Shown here: positions 20,119-28,339 of the stretch, piece after piece
How the letters are laid out: each line of letters starts with the position of its first letter
Numbering within the stretch: position 1 is the stretch's first letter
DNA from: Candidatus Latescibacterota bacterium
GTDB taxonomy: Bacteria; Latescibacterota; UBA2968; GCA-2709665
Length of the DNA: 64,000 nt
Assembly (NCBI GenBank): GCA_965248435.1
Contig: OZ252100.1
Location: forward strand, 4,000,001 to 4,064,000
Direction of reading: 5' to 3'
Notes under the pieces: model-generated
Database searches by the model: none
Seen by the model: the letters and a program-made list of their open reading frames with translations, nothing else
Told to the model about the DNA's origin: nothing
Position numbers and translations under genes: made by a program

Positions 20119-20146
20119 CGTTCGTTACGTCCTCTCTCTCCCAAGA

Positions 20147-20710
20147 TCAGAATCGGACCATCACCCGGCGAACAGGGGGGGCCTGCCTGGCGGGACGAAC
20201 AGGTTGTTTTGCAGCGGGCTGCAAACTGTCTCCCTGACCAAGATAGAACTTGCTGGAAATTGTGTAGGATTCCTCGTGGGAAAGCGTTTTCAGAGCACCC
20301 TGATCGGTTGCAGCAGGGTTGGATTGGGCAATTTCCGGCGCCTGCTTTCCAACCCACTCGGACTGCTGCCTCCACCCCAGGGTGATGCCCAGCGCAAGGA
20401 GGACGATCGCGGCGGCGGACATGAAGGCCCTGGGTAGGGTGGGAAACAGAAGAAGCTGAACCTTCCTGCCCAGATGCTCTTCTTTTGTCATTTCGAGGAG
20501 CAGGCGGCTCCGAAGGGCAAAGTCGAATCCAGCGGTTGGCTGCATTTGGGGCAGTTGGGAAAGCTGCTGCGTGAGGTCCTGAAGATCCTTCAGGACCTTC
20601 GCACACGACGGACAGTCTGAGGCATGTCGTTTCACCAGACTGTGCGCTTGCTCCCCAAGTTCGCCGTCGATGTAATCAGAAACCCTTTTGGAAAAATCGT
20701 TGCAATTCAT
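20147..20710 (-). CDS. Zinc-binding anti-sigma factor (zf-HC2) with one TM helix
   Basis: C...SDYIDGEL...HASDCPSC (HxxxCxxC); TM segment AAAIVLLALGITLGW; directly downstream of the ECF sigma. Confidence 0.88.
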   Translation of the reverse strand: MNCNDFSKRVSDYIDGELGEQAHSLVKRHASDCPSCAKVLKDLQDLTQQLSQLPQMQPTAGFDFALRSRLLLEMTKEEHLGRKVQLLLFPTLPRAFMSAAAIVLLALGITLGWRQQSEWVGKQAPEIAQSNPAATDQGALKTLSHEESYTISSKFYLGQGDSLQPAAKQPVRPARQAPPVRRVMVRF

Positions 20711-20761
20711 CGATTTGTTTCTCCTATTCCTGAAAGCTGCTGAATGAGTCTCCCGATTTCG

Positions 20762-21373
20762 TCAGATCTCAAGGCCCACATCACGGCCTTCGTTTCTGAG
20801 TTTCTGCTGCAGTTTCAGCCGTGCCCGGCTTACTCTTGATTTCACGGTGCCGACTGGACAATTCACGACCTCCGAGATTTCCTGATAAGAGAGTCCTTCA
20901 ACGTCGCGCAACAGAACGACCTGGCGATAGTTGTCGGACAGCGAGCCGATGGCTCGTTGAATCTGCACATCTGTGATGGACGACTCTGTCATCTTGTCTG
21001 GCCGGAAAGTCTCATCGGGCAGATCCAATCCTGTGTCGGATTCCTCGTCGCGGTCGAGTGAGAACAGACGCCAGCGTTTGCGCCGACGCAGCTCGCTCTT
21101 GGCCAGATTGCCCGCGATGGTGAAGAGCCATGTCGAAAAGTTCGCGATGGCCTTATAATCTTCACGCTTTCGGAAGGCCCGAAGAAAGGTCTCCTGAACG
21201 ATGTCCTCCGCCGTCTCAGGCTCTCCGACGAATCGAAAAACAAAGTTGTAGAGTCGCCCCCTGTATCGATGGACCAGTTTCCCGTAAGCTTCGATGTCCC
21301 CGCCAGCAACATCGGACAGGATTTCACTGTCCGACACCCCGCCTGCTGTAGAGGTAGAATCGACCATAACCAT
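20762..21373 (-). CDS. ECF sigma factor (RpoE/SigW-like)
   Basis: AEDIVQETF, FSTWLFTIA.N, GLSYQEI..VGTVKSRVSRAR. Confidence 0.93.
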   Translation of the reverse strand: MVMVDSTSTAGGVSDSEILSDVAGGDIEAYGKLVHRYRGRLYNFVFRFVGEPETAEDIVQETFLRAFRKREDYKAIANFSTWLFTIAGNLAKSELRRRKRWRLFSLDRDEESDTGLDLPDETFRPDKMTESSITDVQIQRAIGSLSDNYRQVVLLRDVEGLSYQEISEVVNCPVGTVKSRVSRARLKLQQKLRNEGRDVGLEI

Positions 21374-21549
21374 TCGAGCTCCTCCCCATCATCTTCCGTC
21401 CGGAGCGCTTGGCCGGACGCGTGGAACCATAATTCTAGATGCTGCTCGCTGGCCGACTGCGGTTACTGCTACAATATGTTGTGCTTCTAGTTCTCTCCGA
21501 AGCCGTATGTAGACCGGCTCGCGGATCTAGCACGTTGGGTGTCATCACT

Positions 21550-21577
21550 TTAGACCCTCTACTGCTTCCAGGGTTCC
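21550..21577 (-). promoter_or_regulatory. Sigma-E-type promoter upstream of the ECF sigma (probable autoregulation)
   Basis: Minus strand GGAACCC-16 nt-TCTAA, matching sigma-E spacing. Confidence 0.7.
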
Positions 21578-21655
21578 CAAAAATAGCGTAAATCCCCCAC
21601 TAATTATAACAAAAAGCGGGTCCCCTGGAACCAAAATCCGGCCAACTTTCTCTGC

Positions 21656-21684
21656 TTGACAGGTTTTTACGCTTGTGTTAATCT
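21656..21684 (+). promoter_or_regulatory. Sigma-70 promoter of acs
   Basis: TTGACA-17-TAATCT with TG extension. Confidence 0.65.
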
Positions 21685-21830
21685 GTATGCTGAAAGTGAT
21701 CGATATATTAATGAATCTTCAAGTATTTCGCGACAATCAGTAGATGTATTTGGTGCTATGACTTCGGGCGTGCCCCCGCTGTCACCCACCGGTCCAGCGG
21801 GCACTGAACGAGAGGAAAGAAGGTGACATC

Positions 21831-23861
21831 ATGAGCGAAAAAGAGGCTCTGGAAGTAAGCGAAGCGGAAATCGCCGTTCACTGGCGGGAAGAGGACTATT
21901 ATCCGCCATCCCCGAAATTCATCGCCCAGGCGAACATGACCGATGCCGACATCTATCAGCGCCTCGGGCTGGACAATTTTCCAGATTGCTTCAAAGAGTA
22001 CGCCGATCTCCTAACCTGGTACAAGTACTGGGACACGACGCTGGACACAAGCGACGCTCCCTGCTGGAAGTGGTTCGTCGGCGGAAAGATAAATGCCTGC
22101 TACAACTGTGTCGATCGCCACCTCGAGCAGTTCAAGAACAAGGCGGCCATCATATATGTGCCCGAGCCAGAGGATGAAGACCACATCGTAATCACCTATC
22201 AGGAGCTTTATGTAAGGGTAAACGAACTGGCAGCGCTTCTCCAGGGGTTCGCCGGACTCAAGGCCGGAGATCGTGTCACCCTTCATATGCCGATGGTTCC
22301 GGAACTTCCGATTACGATGCTGGCCTGTGCAAGGCTGGGCGTCGTCCACTCTGAGGTGTATGGTGGTTTCAGCGGCCGAGCGTGCGGGGACAGGATATGG
22401 GACTCCGGGAGTAACGTTTTGATCACCAGCGATAGTTATTACCGGTCCGGCACCCTGCTCGATCACAAGGTCAAAGCAGACGAGGCGGTGGAAGTGGCCG
22501 AACAGGCAGGCCAGAAAGTCGACAAGGTTCTGGTTTGGAGGCGCTACCGTGGGAAGTTTGGTTCGGAAACACCCATGGTCGAAGGCCGAGATTATTTCGT
22601 AGATGAAGTGCTCAAGGATTTCAAGGGTAGCCGGGTGGCGCCTGTTCAACTGCCTGCGGAGGACCCGCTCTTTATTATGTATACGAGCGGGACGACCGGG
22701 AGGCCCAAGGGCTGTCAGCACGGCACAGGCGGTTACATGTCTTACGTTGCGGGCACATCAAAGTTTGTGCAGGACATTCACCCCGAAGATGTCTACTGGT
22801 GCATGGCTGATATCGGATGGATCACTGGACACTCCTACATTGTCTACGGCCCACTGTCCCTGGCCGCGACGAGCGTGATCTACGAAGGTGTGCCGACTTT
22901 TCCAGACGCGGGTCGCCCGTGGCGGATCGCTCAGCAGCTCGACGTGAATATTTTCCACACGGCCCCCACCGCCGTTCGCATGCTGAGGAAGGCCGGACCG
23001 GATGAGCCGGAAAAGTACGACTATCACTTCAAACACATGACGACCGTGGGAGAACCGATAGAGCCGGAAGTGTGGAAATGGTACTACCACGCAGTAGGCA
23101 AGGGCGAGGCCGCGATTGTGGACACGTGGTGGCAGACCGAGACGGGCGGGTTTCTCTGCAGCACGATGCCGGCACTTCATCCGATGAAGCCAGGGAGCGC
23201 CGGCCCGAGCATGCCGGGTATTCACCCGATCATCTATGATGAGGAAGGGAACGAAATTGAAGGAGGATCCGGGAAGGCGGGCAACATATGCATCACGAAC
23301 CCGTGGCCTGGAGGGTTTCAAACCATATGGGGAGATCGGGATCGATACGTTTCACAGTACTATGAAAAGTACTGTAAGGACAAGGACAGCAAGGACTGGC
23401 GCGACTGGCCCTACTTTACGGGTGACGCTGCCGTGCAGGCAGAGGATGGCTATTACCGGATCCTGGGAAGGGTCGACGACGTCATCAACGTTGCAGGACA
23501 TCGGTTGGGCACCAAGGAGCTCGAGTCGGCGTGCCTGATCGTTGAAGAGATTGCAGAGGCATCCGTTGTCCCTCTTTCGGATGAGATCAAGGGTAAGGTG
23601 CCAGATATTTATGTCTCTCTCAAATCAGGCTATGACGCGACCCAGGTACCGGACAAGGTTATCAAGGCTATCGAGTCGGAAATCGGCAAGATCGCCAGGC
23701 CGAAGCACGTCTACGTCGTACCTGACATGCCGAAGACGCGTTCAGGGAAGATCATGCGCCGCGTTCTCGCAGCCATATCGAACGGGTCTGACGTTGGTGA
23801 TGTAACGACCCTGGCGAACCCGGATGTCGTAGACGAGATTCAAAAGATGGTTCAGGGCTAA
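21831..23861 (+). CDS. acs: Acetyl-CoA synthetase
   Basis: YTSGTTGRPKG, ADIGWITGHSY, DTWWQTETG, PKTRSGKIMRR. Confidence 0.95.
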   Translation: MSEKEALEVSEAEIAVHWREEDYYPPSPKFIAQANMTDADIYQRLGLDNFPDCFKEYADLLTWYKYWDTTLDTSDAPCWKWFVGGKINACYNCVDRHLEQFKNKAAIIYVPEPEDEDHIVITYQELYVRVNELAALLQGFAGLKAGDRVTLHMPMVPELPITMLACARLGVVHSEVYGGFSGRACGDRIWDSGSNVLITSDSYYRSGTLLDHKVKADEAVEVAEQAGQKVDKVLVWRRYRGKFGSETPMVEGRDYFVDEVLKDFKGSRVAPVQLPAEDPLFIMYTSGTTGRPKGCQHGTGGYMSYVAGTSKFVQDIHPEDVYWCMADIGWITGHSYIVYGPLSLAATSVIYEGVPTFPDAGRPWRIAQQLDVNIFHTAPTAVRMLRKAGPDEPEKYDYHFKHMTTVGEPIEPEVWKWYYHAVGKGEAAIVDTWWQTETGGFLCSTMPALHPMKPGSAGPSMPGIHPIIYDEEGNEIEGGSGKAGNICITNPWPGGFQTIWGDRDRYVSQYYEKYCKDKDSKDWRDWPYFTGDAAVQAEDGYYRILGRVDDVINVAGHRLGTKELESACLIVEEIAEASVVPLSDEIKGKVPDIYVSLKSGYDATQVPDKVIKAIESEIGKIARPKHVYVVPDMPKTRSGKIMRRVLAAISNGSDVGDVTTLANPDVVDEIQKMVQG

Positions 23862-23894
23862 GCCTCTTTATCGAAGAACCCGATTCAGGGTGCG

Positions 23895-23928
23895 GAGGGA
23901 GCCGCTGTCAGGCTCCCTCATTTATTTT
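23895..23928 (+). terminator. Intrinsic terminator
   Basis: GAGGGAGCC / GGCTCCCTC followed by ATTTATTTT. Confidence 0.75.
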
Positions 23929-23949
23929 GTGAGATGTTATCCTGGGGAT

Positions 23950-23976
23950 GAGACGCCCCACCGGGGCGTCTCTACA
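23950..23976. repeat. REP-like palindrome (GTAG-type)
   Basis: GAGACGCCCCACCGGGGCGTCTCTACA. Confidence 0.8.
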
Positions 23977-23986
23977 GGGATTCGAG

Positions 23987-24670
23987 ATGTCTGACGTAGA
24001 AAAAGCGTTGTTAGTCTTTTCGGGCGGGATGGATTCCGCGACCCTCTTGTGGTGGATGGGCGCTGAAGGCATTCCAGAGATTCATACCGTATCCATCGAT
24101 TATGGTCAGCGGCATTCTGTGGAGCTTGGTTGCGCCGCTACGCTCTCCAAACTGTCGGGCGTTCGCTCACACCGGTGCCTGAAACTGGACCTGGGACAGA
24201 TCGGGGGAAACCCCCTGACGGATCTGAAGGTGGAGATGCCCACCGCTGCAGAAGGGGAGCAAATTCGCACGGTCGTTCCCTATAGAAACATGCTTTTCGT
24301 AACGATGACAGCCGCCCTGGCTGAGACCGAGGAGATTGAGGATATCTTCATCTCTCCTGTGCGGGACGACCATCGCGCCTATCGGGACTGCCGCCGCGAA
24401 TTCTATGATGCGCTCGAGAAGGCGCTTCTACTTGGATCTACCCGCGAAGGGGACCTTACCATTCATACGCCTTTTGTGGACAAGTGGAAAAGAGAGGTTG
24501 TTCAGATCGGACTGGAGTTGGGCGTGCCGTATGAGCAAACGCACACCTGTTATGAAGGATCCCGACCCGCCTGTGGGGTGTGCGATGCGTGCGCGGAACG
24601 AATCGAGGCATTTCAGGCGAACCGAGCTCGGGATCCACTGAGCTACGTTCGGGAAGTTGACTGGGTGTGA
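23987..24670 (+). CDS. queC: 7-cyano-7-deazaguanine synthase
   Basis: FSGGMDS, DYGQRH, VPYRNMLF, YRDCR, CY...CGVCDAC. Confidence 0.93.
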   Translation: MSDVEKALLVFSGGMDSATLLWWMGAEGIPEIHTVSIDYGQRHSVELGCAATLSKLSGVRSHRCLKLDLGQIGGNPLTDLKVEMPTAAEGEQIRTVVPYRNMLFVTMTAALAETEEIEDIFISPVRDDHRAYRDCRREFYDALEKALLLGSTREGDLTIHTPFVDKWKREVVQIGLELGVPYEQTHTCYEGSRPACGVCDACAERIEAFQANRARDPLSYVREVDWV

Positions 24671-24730
24671 TTCGTATCGGGTGGGGGAGACAGCCCCACC
24701 GGGAAGGGTTATGGGTCGGACGAAGACGCA

Positions 24731-24762
24731 AAGAGGCCCCTGGTCGAAACCGGGGGCCTCTT
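24731..24762. terminator. Bidirectional hairpin terminator
   Basis: AAGAGGCCCC / GGGGCCTCTT between convergent genes. Confidence 0.7.
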
Positions 24763-24785
24763 GTCTTGCTTATTAGTGATTGATG

Positions 24786-24813
24786 GAGACGCCCCGCCGG
24801 GGTCGTCTATACA
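24786..24813. repeat. Degenerate REP-like palindrome
   Basis: GAGACGCCCCGCCGGGGTCGTCTATACA. Confidence 0.65.
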
Positions 24814-24834
24814 GTGATGGGTCGGGGTGAGAAT

Positions 24835-25512
24835 CTATGGGTTTTTCAGGGAAGCAACGGCGTCGATCAGACGTCGGTCGGCCTTGTGTCTCAGATCAAG
24901 CATCTGCTCAACGCCTTTAAGATCCCCATTTTCCGCACGGATTCGATAGACATCGATCCGATCGGCGAGGGCGTTCATGACCGCATCCAGGACGATGACG
25001 TCGGTTACGTCATCCTGCACCATGCATTCCTCGGCAAGCACCTTTCTGATGTCTTTCAGGCGCTCCCGAAGCTCCTCTGCATCGATTTCGGGTGGCGGGA
25101 TGGTCGAACGCAAAGGGACTGCGAGGGAGGCCAGGAAACCTTCCGAGAGGATTTTGCGTGCCGTATCTTCATTCCAGGGTTTCGAGAGGACTTTCGAAAT
25201 ACTGTCTTCCTGACGCGCTGGTTGAGAGGATCGGCGGGGTGCGCGCCGGCCGTAACGAGAACCGCTCCCAGTTGAGGACTGCGATTTGGGAGCTGCCTCT
25301 GGTTGCGTCGCGCCTTCTGAAACGGGTTCATCTGCTTTGGGAGGCTTGGGAGGAGTATGGGACGTCCGCCTCCTCTTCGCTGGGGGTCGGGAGACGACCT
25401 TTCGCTCAAGCGTCTGTTTCCTAGTCGTTGTCTTCGCCGGCTTCCTCTCTGTGGCGGCTCGCCTCGAACTCATTGTGGCTTTGGGAGTTGTATCGGTTGC
25501 GGCTTTGGCCAT
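24835..25512 (-). CDS. Hypothetical protein: basic low-complexity N-terminus plus helical C-terminal domain
   Basis: ATG 25512 after GGGGTG; K/R/T/P-rich first half, amphipathic helices in the second half. Confidence 0.65.
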   Translation of the reverse strand: MAKAATDTTPKATMSSRRAATERKPAKTTTRKQTLERKVVSRPPAKRRRTSHTPPKPPKADEPVSEGATQPEAAPKSQSSTGSGSRYGRRAPRRSSQPARQEDSISKVLSKPWNEDTARKILSEGFLASLAVPLRSTIPPPEIDAEELRERLKDIRKVLAEECMVQDDVTDVIVLDAVMNALADRIDVYRIRAENGDLKGVEQMLDLRHKADRRLIDAVASLKNP

Positions 25513-25710
25513 TTGATCACCCTGGGGTTGAAATCGCTGCTTGCTCCCTCCGTGCCGCGTCGCGTTGTGCGGACGTGCACTTGAAACCAAATATAGAACA
25601 ATCGGTGTTAGAATTCAAGGAAACGATTTTGTTCATTGTCTGTGTGCATCAAAGAATAAGGGGCCACCCCGAAGGGCAGCCCCCATTTTTTTGCGTCATT
25701 CAGAGTGAGA

Positions 25711-27366
25711 CTAGAAATGGCTGTGACCGTGGCCGTGTCCGTGACCGTGGTGGTCGTGGCCCGCCGCCTCTTTCTCTTCTTCCTGGGGCTTCTCGGTGAT
25801 CAGCGCCTCGGTGGTCAACAGAAGGCCGGCGATGCTGCTGGCGTTTTCGATGGCCGTCCGAACGACCTTGGTCGGGTCTATTACGCCGGCCTTTTCCAGA
25901 TCTTCGTAGGTTTCGGTCTGAGCGTTGAAACCGAAGCTGCCGCTGTTCTCCAGCACCTCCTGTACGACCAGACTGCCTTCGATTCCGGCGTTGTTGGCGA
26001 TCTGCCGCAAAGGTTCTTCCAGGCTGCGCCTGATGATGTCGACCCCAGTCTTCTGATCGCTGCCGCGCAGCTGACTCCGGGCCTTGTCGAGGGCGCCAAT
26101 GCATCTCAGGAGGGCCACCCCTCCTCCCGGCACGATGCCCTCTTCAACGGCCGCGCGGGTCGCGTGCAGCGCATCCTCGACGCGGGCCTTCTTTTCCTTC
26201 ATTTCGGTCTCTGTCGCTGCCCCGACGTCGATCACGGCCACGCCGCCTGCCAGCTTGGCGAGCCGCTCCTGGAGTTTCTCACGGTCGTAGTCTGAGGTGG
26301 TTTCCTCAATCTGAAGCCGGATCTGGTTGACTCGCCCCTGGATGTCGCTCGCGGATCCGCCGCCTTCCACGATCGTGGTGTTGTCTTTATCGATGACAAT
26401 CCGCTTGGCGTGCCCCAAATCTTCGAGCTGAACATTTTCCAGTTTGATCCCCAGGTCTTCGCTCTGGACGCGGGCGCCGGTGAGGATCGCAATGTCTTCG
26501 AGCATCTCCTTGCGCCGGTCTCCGTAGCCCGGGGCTTTTACGGCGGCTATCTTGAGGGTCCCTCGCACTTTGTTGACGACGAATGTCGCCAACGCCTCAC
26601 CCTCCACGTCTTCAGCGATCACGAGCAGCGGTTTGCCTGTTTGAGCAACCTTCTCGAGGATCGGAAGCATATCCTTCATGTTGGAAAGTTTCGTTTCGTG
26701 GATCAATATAGAGACGTCTTCCAGGACCGCTTCCATGTTGTCGGGATCGGTTACAAAGTAAGGGGACAGATAACCCCGGTCGAACTGCATGCCTTCCACG
26801 ACGTCCAGGGTGGTCTCGATGCTTTTGGCTTCTTCTACGGTGATGGTTCCATCCTTGCCCACTCTTTCCATTGCATCTGCGATAATCTCGCCGATGCTGG
26901 GATCGTTGTTGGCCGAGATGGTCCCTATCTGAGAGATCTCTTTGCGCCCCTTCACTTCCCGGCTCAGCTTTTTCAGTTCACCCACAACGCCCAGCACGGC
27001 ATAGTCGATGCCCCGCTTGATGTCCATTGGACTGGCTCCGGCGGTCACGTTTTTGAGCCCTTCTCTGTAGATCGACTCTGCCAGGAGCGTTGCCGTCGTG
27101 GTTCCGTCACCTGCGACGTCAGAGGTCTTCGAGGCCACCTCCTTGACCATCTGGGCCCCCATGTTCTCATAGGGATCTTTCAACTCGATCTCCTTCGCCA
27201 CTGTGACGCCGTCTTTCGTGACGGTGGGGGATCCCCACTTCTTGCCCAGCACGACGTTACGACCCCGCGGTCCGAGCGTGGCTTTTACGGCCTTGCTGAG
27301 CAAGGTTACGCCGTCCAGAATCTTATCGCGCGCATCGACTCCATAGGCCAGCTGTTTTGCCGCCAT
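25711..27366 (-). CDS. groEL: Chaperonin GroEL with His-rich C-terminal tail
   Basis: [31 protein letters not shown]. Confidence 0.98.
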   Translation of the reverse strand: MAAKQLAYGVDARDKILDGVTLLSKAVKATLGPRGRNVVLGKKWGSPTVTKDGVTVAKEIELKDPYENMGAQMVKEVASKTSDVAGDGTTTATLLAESIYREGLKNVTAGASPMDIKRGIDYAVLGVVGELKKLSREVKGRKEISQIGTISANNDPSIGEIIADAMERVGKDGTITVEEAKSIETTLDVVEGMQFDRGYLSPYFVTDPDNMEAVLEDVSILIHETKLSNMKDMLPILEKVAQTGKPLLVIAEDVEGEALATFVVNKVRGTLKIAAVKAPGYGDRRKEMLEDIAILTGARVQSEDLGIKLENVQLEDLGHAKRIVIDKDNTTIVEGGGSASDIQGRVNQIRLQIEETTSDYDREKLQERLAKLAGGVAVIDVGAATETEMKEKKARVEDALHATRAAVEEGIVPGGGVALLRCIGALDKARSQLRGSDQKTGVDIIRRSLEEPLRQIANNAGIEGSLVVQEVLENSGSFGFNAQTETYEDLEKAGVIDPTKVVRTAIENASSIAGLLLTTEALITEKPQEEEKEAAGHDHHGHGHGHGHSHF

Positions 27367-27392
27367 TTTTCAATCCTCCTCTCGGTTTCCTC

Positions 27393-27680
27393 TTATTCCA
27401 GTATGCCCATGACATCGTCTTCGTGAACGATCGCGTATTCTTCTCCATCGATTTCCACTTCAGTGCCCGCATACTTTCCGATGAGGACACGGTTGCCGAC
27501 TTTCACACTCAGCGGGATCTGTTTGCTCCCGTCATTCGCTTTTCCCGGGCCGACGGCGATGACTTCGGCTTCCAAAGGTTTCTCTTTTGCCGTATCCGGA
27601 ATGATGATGCCGCCTCTTACCTGCTCTTCGACATCGATCCGTTTAAGCAGAATACGGTCCGCCAAAGGCCGGATCTTCAT
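27393..27680 (-). CDS. groES: Co-chaperonin GroES
   Basis: [22 protein letters not shown]; GGAGG RBS before ATG 27680. Confidence 0.97.
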   Translation of the reverse strand: MKIRPLADRILLKRIDVEEQVRGGIIIPDTAKEKPLEAEVIAVGPGKANDGSKQIPLSVKVGNRVLIGKYAGTEVEIDGEEYAIVHEDDVMGILE

Positions 27681-27721
27681 AGACTTCCTCCAGAGAATGG
27701 GGTGTCGTCGGTCGGGGAATG

Positions 27722-27748
27722 TTAGCACTCTCACCTATAGAGTGCTAA
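27722..27748. promoter_or_regulatory. CIRCE element (HrcA operator)
   Basis: Perfect TTAGCACTC-N9-GAGTGCTAA upstream of groES. Confidence 0.97.
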
Positions 27749-27810
27749 AATCAGCCTAATATAAGCCCTTTTCCTGGGAGCTGCAAGGAGATTCTTCAAG
27801 ATTCGGGAGG

Positions 27811-28302
27811 TTACGAGGATCTCTTCTGTTCTCGAAGTCGGGACTGTTTTCGTGCTAACACCTGCTTGAGGTGTTCGATTTCCTTTTCCAGGAGATCCGG
27901 GTCCGAGGGCGCATCCTCCTCTTCCGGAGGCGGAGGTTTAGCAGTGGGCAACCCAGCCTCTTCCCAGTCATCATATCCGCCATCCATTGAGATCACGCGT
28001 TCGTAGCCCAGCTCCTTCAGAGATTCCCCAGCGAGGAGAGATCTAATGCCCCCGGCACAGTAGACGACGACCTCTCTGGACTTGTCGGGGATTTTGGACT
28101 CCGCCTGTTCCTCCAAGTGCCCGCGGGGGACATGAATCGCCCCATCCAGATGGCCGCGTTCCCACTCGTCGAGACCCCTCACATCGAGGAGTACAGGATC
28201 CTCACCTTTCTCGAGGTAATCGTGGACCTCGTGAATGGACATCTCCTTGACCGTCTGTCTGGCCTCTTTCAGCAGATCATCTCGGGATTTCATGTGTGCC
28301 AT
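27811..28302 (-). CDS. Rhodanese-like domain protein with C-terminal coiled coil
   Basis: LLDVRG..EW..GHL.GA, YCAGGIRS, GGYDDW; start 28302 or 28293. Confidence 0.88.
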   Translation of the reverse strand: MAHMKSRDDLLKEARQTVKEMSIHEVHDYLEKGEDPVLLDVRGLDEWERGHLDGAIHVPRGHLEEQAESKIPDKSREVVVYCAGGIRSLLAGESLKELGYERVISMDGGYDDWEEAGLPTAKPPPPEEEDAPSDPDLLEKEIEHLKQVLARKQSRLREQKRSS

Positions 28303-28339
28303 CCTGTCAGGTGTTATGCCTTGAACCGTATCACACGCG

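Noticed and set aside
23987-24670. QueC as part of a Qat or Dpd defence system
   Set aside because: Canonical length and motifs, with no partner genes nearby.
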